Part shown: piece by piece, positions 9,918 through 19,374 of the stretch
How positions within the stretch are numbered: position 1 is the stretch's first letter
How the letters are laid out: each line of letters opens with the position of its first letter
IMG/VR virus record: IMGVR_UViG_2690316142_000006
Source of the DNA: a virus
Lineage: Duplodnaviria; Heunggongvirae; Uroviricota; Caudoviricetes
Reading direction: 5' to 3' (one strand)
DNA: 19,374 bases
Position numbers and translations under genes: made by a program
Notes under the pieces: generated by a model
The model's input: only the letters and a program-made list of their open reading frames with translations
The model's database searches: none
What the model was told of the DNA's origin: nothing

Positions 9918-10244
9918 ATGGCAGTAAAGATTTCAGGTGTACTGAAAGATGGGGCGGGTAAACCTGTCGTAAATTGTGCGATTGAACTGCGGGCCAGAAG
10001 AACCAGTCCGACCGTTGTGGCACACGTTGTTGCCACTTGCGTGACGGACAATAACGGTGCTTATGTGATTGAGGCTGAGCCGGGGTATTACGAGGTTGCG
10101 CTTCACTGTAACGGCTGGCAGCCAACCCGTGTCGGGGATATTGATGTGGCACCGACTGATGCACCGGGGACACTGAACGCGTTTCTGAATGCACCAAAGG
10201 ATGGTGATTTACGTCCGGAGGTGATGAAGTGTCAGCGCCAGTGA
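9918..10244 (+). pseudogene. stf: Side tail fibre (stf) 5' fragment, interrupted after about 109 codons by an IS21-family element
   Basis: [12 protein letters not shown]... is homologous to the N-terminus of the full stf at 14926 but a diverged allele. The ORF stops at TGA 10242-10244 where the IS terminal sequence begins. The track ORF start at 9876 lies inside the lom terminator hairpin, so 9918 is preferred. Confidence 0.75.
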
Positions 10245-10330
10245 TATAAGACGGTAATTCGCCATTTGGATTGTCCGCTCCACCCAACATGTTGTTTCCT
10301 TAAGGTTCTCACACCAGAAAGGACATCAAC

Positions 10331-12300
<1,970 letters not shown>

Positions 12301-12349
12301 CGAAAGTATTTAGCGGGCATGAAAATGGCAAATAACGGTCAAACATCGT

Positions 12350-12360
12350 NNNNNNNNNNN
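12350..12360. other. Assembly gap (11 N)
   Basis: Literal n run. Left flank is the IS21-family right end, right flank is J-internal sequence. Confidence 0.98.
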
Positions 12361-14274
12361 AATCCGGTCAGCGTGGAGGTCCAGTCCGTCACCGACGGCG
12401 TGAAGGTAAAAGTGAGCCGTGTTCCTGACGGTGTTGCTGAATACAGCGTGTGGGGGCTGAAGCTGCCGACGCTGCACCAGCGATTGTTCCGCTGCGTGAG
12501 TATCCGTGAGAACGACGACGGCACGTATGCCATCACCGCCGTGCAGCATGTGCCGGAAAAAGAAGCCATCGTGGATAACGGGGCGCACTTTGACGGCGAC
12601 CAGAGCGGCACGGTGAATGGTGTCACGCCGCCAGCGGTGCAGCACCTGACTGCCGAAGTCACCGCAGACAGCGGGGAATATCAGGTGCTGGCGCGCTGGG
12701 ACACGCCGAAGGTGGTGAAGGGCGTGAGCTTCCTGCTCCGTCTGACCGTAACAGCGGATGACGGCAGTGAGCGGCTGGTCAGCACGGCCCGGACGACGGA
12801 AACCACTTACCGCTTCACACAACTGGCGCTGGGGAACTACAGGCTGACAGTCCGGGCAGTAAATGCGTGGGGGCAGCAGGGCGATCCGGCGTCGGTATCG
12901 TTCCGGATTGCCGCACCGGCAGCGCTGTCGCGGATTGAGCTGACGCCGGGCTATTTTCAGATAACCGCCACGCCGCATCTTGCGGTTTATGATCCGACGG
13001 TACAGTTTGAGTTCTGGTTCTCGGAAAAGCGGATTGCGGATATCAGGCAGGTTGAAACCACAGCACGCTATCTTGGCACGGCGCTGTACTGGATAGCCGC
13101 CAGTATCAATATCAAACCGGGCCATGATTATTACTTTTATATCCGCAGTGTGAACACCGTTGGCAAATCGGCATTCGTGGAGGCTGTTGGTCAGCCGAGT
13201 GATGATGCATCCGGTTATCTGGATTTTTTCAAAGGCGAGATAGGGAAAACCCATCTGGCTCAGGAGCTGTGGACGCAGATTGATAACGGTCAGCTTGCGC
13301 CTGACCTGGCTGAAATCAGGACGTCCATTACGGATGTCAGCAATGAAATCACGCAGACCGTCAATAAGAAACTGGAAGACCAGAGTGCGGCAATTCAGCA
13401 GATACAGAAGGTTCAGGTTGATACAAATAATAACCTGAACAGCATGTGGGCTGTGAAGCTGCAGCAGATGCAGGACGGACGCCTTTATATCGCGGGTATT
13501 GGTGCCGGTATTGAGAACACCCCTGACGGCATGCAGAGTCAGGTGCTGCTGGCGGCGGACAGGATTGCGATGGTTAATCCTGCGAATGGCAACACAAAAC
13601 CGATGTTTGTTGGTCAGGGCGATCAGATATTCATGAACGACGTGTTCCTGAAACGCCTGACGGCCCCCACCATTACCAGCGGTGGAAATCCATCGGCATT
13701 TTCCCTGACTCCGGACGGAAAGCTGACCGCTAAAAATGCGGATATCAGTGGCAGTGTGAATGCGAACGCCGGGACGCTCAACAATGTCACGGTAAATGAA
13801 AACTGTACGATTAAGGGCATGCTGGAGGCGACTCAGGTCAGAGGTGACTTCGTTAAAGCTGTATCCAAATCATTTCCGAAACAGGCTGGTACGTGGGGTA
13901 ACACGGAAACACCAAACGGGACGGTTACAGTCACCATAAGCGATGATCATAACTTTGACCGCCAGATTATTATTCCGCCCATTATTTTTAACGGTATAGC
14001 GTATGACGATCCGGGGAGCGGAAATAACCCAGGAGGCACGCGATACACGGGTTATGGTTTTGAAGTTCGCAAAAACGGCGTATTAATCGCATCCAGAGAA
14101 ACTAAAGGTGCCATTCCCGGTAGTTACAGTGCAGTTATTGATATGCCTAGTGGTGGTGGTAGCGTCACTCTGGAGTTTAAGATTTTCCAGAAAGGCAATC
14201 AGGGGGCAGGCAATATCACCGACTGTACGGTGATTGTGACCAAAAAAGCGGCTTCCGGCATCAGTATTCGTTGA
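12361..14274 (+). CDS. J: J protein 3' fragment (third copy), identical to J 5382-7295
   Basis: Translation is identical to the C-terminal 637 aa of the full J. The track ORF 12319-14274 (MKMANNGQTSXXXX...) is an artificial fusion across the N gap. Confidence 0.8.
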   Translation, partial: NPVSVEVQSVTDGVKVKVSRVPDGVAEYSVWGLKLPTLHQRLFRCVSIRENDDGTYAITAVQHVPEKEAIVDNGAHFDGDQSGTVNGVTPPAVQHLTAEVTADSGEYQVLARWDTPKVVKGVSFLLRLTVTADDGSERLVSTARTTETTYRFTQLALGNYRLTVRAVNAWGQQGDPASVSFRIAAPAALSRIELTPGYFQITATPHLAVYDPTVQFEFWFSEKRIADIRQVETTARYLGTALYWIAASINIKPGHDYYFYIRSVNTVGKSAFVEAVGQPSDDASGYLDFFKGEIGKTHLAQELWTQIDNGQLAPDLAEIRTSITDVSNEITQTVNKKLEDQSAAIQQIQKVQVDTNNNLNSMWAVKLQQMQDGRLYIAGIGAGIENTPDGMQSQVLLAADRIAMVNPANGNTKPMFVGQGDQIFMNDVFLKRLTAPTITSGGNPSAFSLTPDGKLTAKNADISGSVNANAGTLNNVTVNENCTIKGMLEATQVRGDFVKAVSKSFPKQAGTWGNTETPNGTVTVTISDDHNFDRQIIIPPIIFNGIAYDDPGSGNNPGGTRYTGYGFEVRKNGVLIASRETKGAIPGSYSAVIDMPSGGGSVTLEFKIFQKGNQGAGNITDCTVIVTKKAASGISIR

Positions 14275-14296
14275 AATATTTATAACCCCAATAAAT

Positions 14297-14323
14297 GGCG
14301 TCAGGAATGACGCCTTTTTTATT
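14297..14323 (+). terminator. Rho-independent terminator downstream of J (copy of 7318-7344)
   Basis: Same hairpin plus T-run as 7318-7344. Confidence 0.6.
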
Positions 14324-14344
14324 GCAGAAAAGCGAGAGGTAATT

Positions 14345-14827
14345 ATGCGTAAAGTTTGTGCAGCCATTTTGTCCGCAGCCATTTGCCTGGCCGTATCCGG
14401 TGCGCCTGCATGGGCGTCTGAACATCAGTCCACGCTGAGCGCGGGGTATCTTCATGCCCGGACCAACGTTCCCGGCAGTGATGATCTGAACGGGATTAAC
14501 GTGAAATACCGTTATGAGTTTACGGATACGCTGGGGCTGGTGACGTCATTCAGCTATGCAGGAGACAAGAATCGCCAGCTGACCCGTTACAGCGATACCC
14601 GCTGGCATGAAGATTCCGTGCGTAACCGCTGGTTCAGCGTGATGGCGGGGCCGTCTGTGCGCGTGAATGAATGGTTCAGCGCGTATGCGATGGCGGGTGT
14701 GGCTTACAGCCGTGTGTCGACTTTTTCCGGGGATTATATCCGCGTAACTGACAATAAGGGGAAAACGCACGATGTGCTGACCGGAAGTGATGACGGTCGC
14801 CACAGCAACACGTCTCTGGCGCACTGA
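14345..14827 (+). pseudogene. lom: lom with an 83-bp internal deletion and frameshift (premature stop)
   Basis: Aligns to lom 9255-9854 up to ...NTSLA (tctctggcg), then resumes at cactgacggtttcatcgtgggtgtcggttataaattctga. This omits the equivalent of 9732-9814; the deleted block ends in ctggcg, the same hexamer that precedes it. Confidence 0.75.
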
Positions 14828-14888
14828 CGGTTTCATCGTGGGTGTCGGTTATAAATTCTGATTAGCCAGGTAACACAGTGTTATGACA

Positions 14889-14914
14889 GCCCGCCGGTTC
14901 AGGCGGGCTTTTTT
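14889..14914 (+). terminator. Rho-independent terminator downstream of lom
   Basis: gcccgcc-ggttca-ggcgggc followed by tttttt. Confidence 0.6.
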
Positions 14915-14925
14915 GTGGGGTGAAT

Positions 14926-17900
14926 ATGGCAGTAAAGATTTCAGGTGTACTGAAAGACGGCACAGGAAAACCGGTACAGAACTGCACAATCCAGCTGAAA
15001 GCAAAACGTAACAGCACCACGGTGGTGGTGAACACGCTGGCCTCAGAAAATCCGGATGAAGCCGGGCGTTACAGCATGGACGTTGAGTACGGTCAGTACA
15101 GCGTTATTCTGTTGGTGGAAGGATTCCCGCCGTCACATGCCGGGACCATCACCGTGTATGAAGATTCCCGACCCGGTACGCTGAATGATTTTCTCGGTGC
15201 CATGACGGAGGATGATGCCCGTCCGGAGGCACTGCGCCGTTTTGAGCTGATGGTGGAAGAGGTGGCGCGTAACGCGTCCGCGGTGGCACAGAACACGGCA
15301 GCCGCGAAGAAATCAGCCAGCGATGCCAGCACATCAGCCCGTGAGGCGGCAACCCATGCGACTGATGCTGCAGATTCAGCACGTGCAGCCAGCACGTCAG
15401 CCGGACAGGCCGCTTCGTCGGCTCAGTCAGCGTCTTCCAGCGCAGGAACGGCATCAACAAAGGCCACTGAAGCCTCAAAAAGTGCTGCCGCTGCAGAGTC
15501 CTCAAAAAGCGCGGCGGCTACCAGTGCCGGTGCGGCGAAAACGTTAGAAACGAATGCGGCAGCGTCACAACAATCAGCAGCCACTTCTGCATCCACCGCG
15601 ACCACGAAAGCGTCAGAAGCTGCCACCTCAGCCCGGGATGCGTCGGCTTCAAAAGAGGCGGCAAAATCATCAGAAACGAACGCATCATCAAGCGCCAGTA
15701 GCGCAGCTTCCTCGGCGACGGCGGCTGCAAATTCTGCGAAGGCGGCCAAAACGTCCGAGACGAACGCCAGGTCTTCTGAAACGGCAGCGGGACAGAGTGC
15801 CTCAGCTGCGGCAGGCTCAAAAACAGCGGCTGCGTCGTCTGCCAGCGCCGCGTCAACAAGTGCCGGGCAGGCCTCAGCCAGTGCCACCGCCGCCGGAAAA
15901 TCGGCAGAAAGCGCCGCATCATCCGCTTCAACAGCCACAACGAAGGCTGGCGAAGCCACTGAGCAGGCCACGGCAGCAGCGAGGTCAGCTTCCGCAGCGA
16001 AGACATCCGAAACGAACGCGAAAGCGTCGGAAACCCGTGCAGAATCCTCAAAAACGGCTGCCGCATCGTCCGCCAGTTCGGCGGCGTCATCGGCATCATC
16101 GGCGTCTGCTTCAAAAGATGAGGCGACCAGACAGGCGTCAGCAGCGAAGGGCAGCGCCACGACGGCATCCACGAAGGCGACAGAGGCTGCTGGTAGTGCG
16201 ACGGCAGCAGCTCAGAGCAAAAGTACGGCGGAATCTGCAGCAACGCGCGCTGAGACAGCGGCAAAACGGGCAGAGGATATTGCATCCGCCGTGGCGCTTG
16301 AGGATGCGAGCACGACGAAAAAGGGGATAGTACAGCTCAGTAGTGCGACTAACAGCACTTCCGAGTCACTGGCGGCAACACCAAAAGCCGTTAAGGCCGC
16401 GTATGACCTGGCTAACGGGAAATACACCGCACAGGATGCAACGACAGCACAGAAAGGGATAATCCAGCTAAGCAGCGCGACCAACAGCACGTCTGAAACG
16501 CTGGCGGCAACGCCAAAGGCAGTAAAAGCAGCCAATGACAATGCTGAGAAACGTCTGCAGAAAGATCAGAACGGTGCGGATATCCCTGGCAAAGACACCT
16601 TTACGAAAAATATTGGTGCCTGCCGTGCCTTCGGTGGGTCAGTAAGCACAACAACAGGAAACTGGACGACTGCACAGTTTATCGAGTGGCTGGATTCTCA
16701 GGGAGCATTTAACCATCCATACTGGATGTGCAAGGGTTCCTGGTCTTATGGCAATAATAAAATCATTACTGATACTGGCTGCGGTAATATTCATCTCGCC
16801 GGAGCTGTCATTGAAGTAATGGGGATAAAGTCAGCGATGACGATCCGCATTACCACTCCGACCACATCCAGCGGTGGCGGAACAACCAACGCCCAGTTTA
16901 CCTATATTAATCACGGAACAGATTATTCACCTGGCTGGCGAAGGGACTATAACTCCAGAAATAAGCCAACGGCATCAGAGATCGGGGCGCTACCGTCAGG
17001 TGGAACAGCAGTATCATCAGTTAATCTGGCTTCAAAAGGTCGGGTAGCCGCGCTGACAGACAATACGCAGGGGGCAGCAGGTCTTGAGTTATACGAGGTG
17101 TATAACAACGGATATCCAACAGCGTATGGAAATATCATTCACCTGAAAGGGATGACAGCCGTTGGCGAAGGTGAGTTACTCATCGGCTGGAGTGGTACAA
17201 GCGGTGCTCATGCTCCGGCATTTATTCGTTCACGACGGGATACGACCGACGCAAACTGGTCGCCGTGGGCGCAGCTTTACACCTCGGCTCATCCTCCTGC
17301 AGAGTTTTATCCAGTCGGTGCACCAATCCCGTGGCCATCAGATACCGTTCCGTCTGGTTATGCCCTGATGCAGGGGCAGACTTTTGACAAATCTGCTTAC
17401 CCGAAACTTGCAGCCGCTTATCCGTCAGGCGTGATCCCTGATATGCGTGGCTGGACGATTAAGGGCAAGCCCGCCAGTGGTCGTGCCGTATTGTCTCAGG
17501 AACAGGATGGCATTAAATCGCACACCCACAGCGCCAGCGCATCCAGTACGGATTTGGGGACGAAAACCACATCGTCGTTTGATTACGGCACTAAATCCAC
17601 GAATAACACCGGGGCGCATACGCACAGTCTGAGCGGCTCTACAAGTTCAGCTGGGGCCCACCAACATAGTCAGACTGGGCCCAGAACGAATAGCGGGAGT
17701 CAACCTACTGGAATGTTTCCGGCAGGGAGTACTCAAGTTAGCGGGACTAATCAGGTTGGTATCAGTGGCTCATTAACCAGTGGCACCTCCCAATGGGTAG
17801 GTAAATCATCTTCAGAAGGAAACCATACACACTCACTGTCCGGCACAGCAGCATCTGCGGGTGCACACGCGCATACTGTCGGTATTGGTGCTCATACGCA

Positions 17901-18009
17901 CTCTGTTGCGATTGGTTCACATGGACACACCATCACCGTTAACGCTGCTGGTAACGCGGAAAACACCGTCAAAAACATCGCATTTAACTATATTGTGAGG
18001 CTCGCATAA
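14926..18009 (+). CDS. stf: Side tail fibre protein Stf (about 1027 aa) with a T4 gp37-like His-rich tip
   Basis: N-terminus [60 protein letters not shown] matches lambda Stf as I recall it. Long Ala/Ser/Thr-rich low-complexity shaft; two copies of KGI(V/I)[11 protein letters not shown](S/T)[11 protein letters not shown]; seven HxH motifs near the C-terminus. True start is ATG 14926; the track ORF starts at GTG 14920. Confidence 0.9.
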   Translation: MAVKISGVLKDGTGKPVQNCTIQLKAKRNSTTVVVNTLASENPDEAGRYSMDVEYGQYSVILLVEGFPPSHAGTITVYEDSRPGTLNDFLGAMTEDDARPEALRRFELMVEEVARNASAVAQNTAAAKKSASDASTSAREAATHATDAADSARAASTSAGQAASSAQSASSSAGTASTKATEASKSAAAAESSKSAAATSAGAAKTLETNAAASQQSAATSASTATTKASEAATSARDASASKEAAKSSETNASSSASSAASSATAAANSAKAAKTSETNARSSETAAGQSASAAAGSKTAAASSASAASTSAGQASASATAAGKSAESAASSASTATTKAGEATEQATAAARSASAAKTSETNAKASETRAESSKTAAASSASSAASSASSASASKDEATRQASAAKGSATTASTKATEAAGSATAAAQSKSTAESAATRAETAAKRAEDIASAVALEDASTTKKGIVQLSSATNSTSESLAATPKAVKAAYDLANGKYTAQDATTAQKGIIQLSSATNSTSETLAATPKAVKAANDNAEKRLQKDQNGADIPGKDTFTKNIGACRAFGGSVSTTTGNWTTAQFIEWLDSQGAFNHPYWMCKGSWSYGNNKIITDTGCGNIHLAGAVIEVMGIKSAMTIRITTPTTSSGGGTTNAQFTYINHGTDYSPGWRRDYNSRNKPTASEIGALPSGGTAVSSVNLASKGRVAALTDNTQGAAGLELYEVYNNGYPTAYGNIIHLKGMTAVGEGELLIGWSGTSGAHAPAFIRSRRDTTDANWSPWAQLYTSAHPPAEFYPVGAPIPWPSDTVPSGYALMQGQTFDKSAYPKLAAAYPSGVIPDMRGWTIKGKPASGRAVLSQEQDGIKSHTHSASASSTDLGTKTTSSFDYGTKSTNNTGAHTHSLSGSTSSAGAHQHSQTGPRTNSGSQPTGMFPAGSTQVSGTNQVGISGSLTSGTSQWVGKSSSEGNHTHSLSGTAASAGAHAHTVGIGAHTHSVAIGSHGHTITVNAAGNAENTVKNIAFNYIVRLA

Positions 18010-18590
18010 TGGCATTCAGAATGAGTGAACAAGCACGGACCATAAAAATTTATAACCTGCTGGCCGGAACTAATGAATTTATTGGTGAAGGTGACGCATA
18101 TATTCCGCCTCATACAGGTCTGCCTGCAAACAGTACCGATATTGCACCGCCAGATATTCCGGCTGGTTTCGTGGCTGTTTTCAACAGTGATGAGTCATCG
18201 TGGCATCTCGTTGAAGATCATCGGGGTAAAACGGTTTATGACGTGGCTTCCGGCGACGCGTTATTTATTTCTGAACTCGGCTCATTACCGGAAAATGTCA
18301 CCTGGTTATCCCCGGAAGGGGAGTTTCAGAAGTGGAACGGCACAGCCTGGGTGAAGGATACGGAAGCAGAAAAACTGTTCCGGATCCGGGAGGCGGAAGA
18401 AACAAAAAACAGCCTGATGCAGGTAGCCAGTGAGCATATAGCGCCGCTTCAGGATGCTGTGGATCTGGAGATCGCAACGGAGAAAGAAACCTTGTTGCTG
18501 GAAGCTTGGAAAAAGTATCGGGTGTTGCTGAACCGTGTTGATACATCAACTGCACCGGATATTGAATGGCCAGTAGCACCTATAGGGTAA
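18009..18590 (+). CDS. tfa: Tail fibre assembly protein Tfa (lambda Tfa family), 193 aa
   Basis: [54 protein letters not shown]... is near-identical to lambda Tfa as I recall it. Start overlaps the stf stop (taATGg). Confidence 0.9.
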   Translation: MAFRMSEQARTIKIYNLLAGTNEFIGEGDAYIPPHTGLPANSTDIAPPDIPAGFVAVFNSDESSWHLVEDHRGKTVYDVASGDALFISELGSLPENVTWLSPEGEFQKWNGTAWVKDTEAEKLFRIREAEETKNSLMQVASEHIAPLQDAVDLEIATEKETLLLEAWKKYRVLLNRVDTSTAPDIEWPVAPIG

Positions 18591-18599
18591 ATTCGTAAT

Positions 18600-19339
18600 G
18601 ATTACCTAAATACGTTATTCTTTTGTTAAAAAAGTGATTTTGCTATAGGTAGGGAGTATGTTCTTGGATTAAGAATAAAAAATCGCCATGAAAGAGCTTC
18701 ATGGCGAGTACATAAACGTACAAAATGTGATGAAAGTAGAGTGGCGTAAGCCACTATATTAAGATATGACAATAGCGAAGAAAAGTAAATAACATTTTAT
18801 GGACGTTTAATTGTTAATTATAAAAACTAGAGTGCCCGATATTGTTTATCTTGCTTTAAAATAATGTACTCAAACCAAATTTTTGAGCTAAAAGCTCAAA
18901 TAATATAAATGCAATAATAATGTTTAATAAGACAATTAGCTTGCTTTGTATTTTCATTTCGGAATACTGTTAAGTAACTTTGATGACCCTAACAATAGAT
19001 CGGAATTTTCTTAGAGTCAATGGTCACTGTTTTTGCTTGCAAAGCAAATGTTTTGGTGGTTATAAGTCGTCTTAATATAGTCACGCATGCAACTTGTTCC
19101 ATGCGGAGATTAAAGATTGGAATATAACGCGAAGATGGAATTAAATTACATTTGCAATAATTAATTTATTATTACTCAATAATTACCGATATTATTATTG
19201 TAAATTAATCATTAGAATGCAAAAAGAAATGTAACGGCAAAATAAGAGGACGATAGCTGAGAAAAAAGCGTGCTTTCCCAATCTGGGGCAAATCACGTCT
19301 GAATGACACCTGAAAACAGGTGGTAGCCTCAAGAAGGCT
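18600..19339. other. AT-rich (about 30% GC) non-coding region between tfa and IS1
   Basis: No ORF of 60 aa or more on either strand. All three minus-strand frames carry frequent stops (tta/cta/tca triplets checked through 18716-18970). Several short palindromes. Base composition differs sharply from the ~50-55% GC tail genes. Confidence 0.7.
18671..18706 (-). terminator. Hairpin with a T-run on the minus strand (possible terminator for leftward transcription)
   Basis: cgccatgaa-agagc-ttcatggcg (9-bp stem); the flanking plus-strand aagaataaaaaat reads as a T-run on the minus strand. Confidence 0.4.
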
Positions 19340-19374
19340 GGTGATGCTGCCAACTTACTGATTTAGTGTATGAT
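19340..19374 (+). mobile_element. IS1 terminal inverted repeat and first 35 bp (element continues beyond the window)
   Basis: ggtgatgctgccaacttactgatttagtgtatgat matches the start of IS1 as I remember it. Confidence 0.8.

Noticed and set aside
12319-14274. Track ORF starting MKMANNGQTSXXXX that fuses the IS21 right-end flank to J across the N gap
   Set aside because: The start codon lies in IS-terminal sequence and the frame passes through 11 unresolved bases. Only 12361-14274 is supportable, as a J 3' fragment.
15423-16330. Overlapping ORFs inside the stf low-complexity region (15423-16172 minus, 15518-16285 minus, 15554-16330 plus, 16212-16541 minus)
   Set aside because: They are alternative-frame and antisense readings of the GC-rich Ala/Ser-repeat coding DNA, giving poly-Ala/Asp or Arg/Pro-rich products. 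Stf clearly occupies the real frame.
18688-18762. 24-codon plus-strand ORF (MKELHGEYINVQNVMKVEWRKPLY) in the AT-rich region
   Set aside because: Too short, no convincing RBS, and it overlaps the hairpin at 18684-18706. An AT-rich region yields such ORFs by chance. It is noted only as something expression data could revisit.

Overview
This window is the tail-tip end of a lambda-like (lambdoid) prophage late operon from an enterobacterial, E. coli/Shigella-like genome, and it reads as a draft scaffold rather than a finished sequence. The gene order is the 3' end of tape measure H, then M, L, K, I, a 1512-aa J, lom, stf and tfa, ending in a ~0.75 kb AT-rich non-coding stretch that abuts the left end of an IS1 element at the window edge. 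The core module is interrupted by unresolved bases (N at 7843; 11 N at 12350-12360) and by a second partial J-lom-stf module (7844-12349) whose stf is cut after about 109 codons by an IS21-family element (istA/istB). The third segment (12361-14821) is an exact 2461-bp copy of 5382-7842. J itself carries an in-frame 1041-bp tandem duplication whose two units are only ~95% identical. No tRNA, rRNA or CRISPR array is present. I did not find a convincing novel system: the unusual structure is concentrated in the J/lom/stf host-range region and could be real mosaicism or collapsed repeats from two or more similar prophages. Homology statements rest on recalled lambda protein sequences and motifs, not on a database search.
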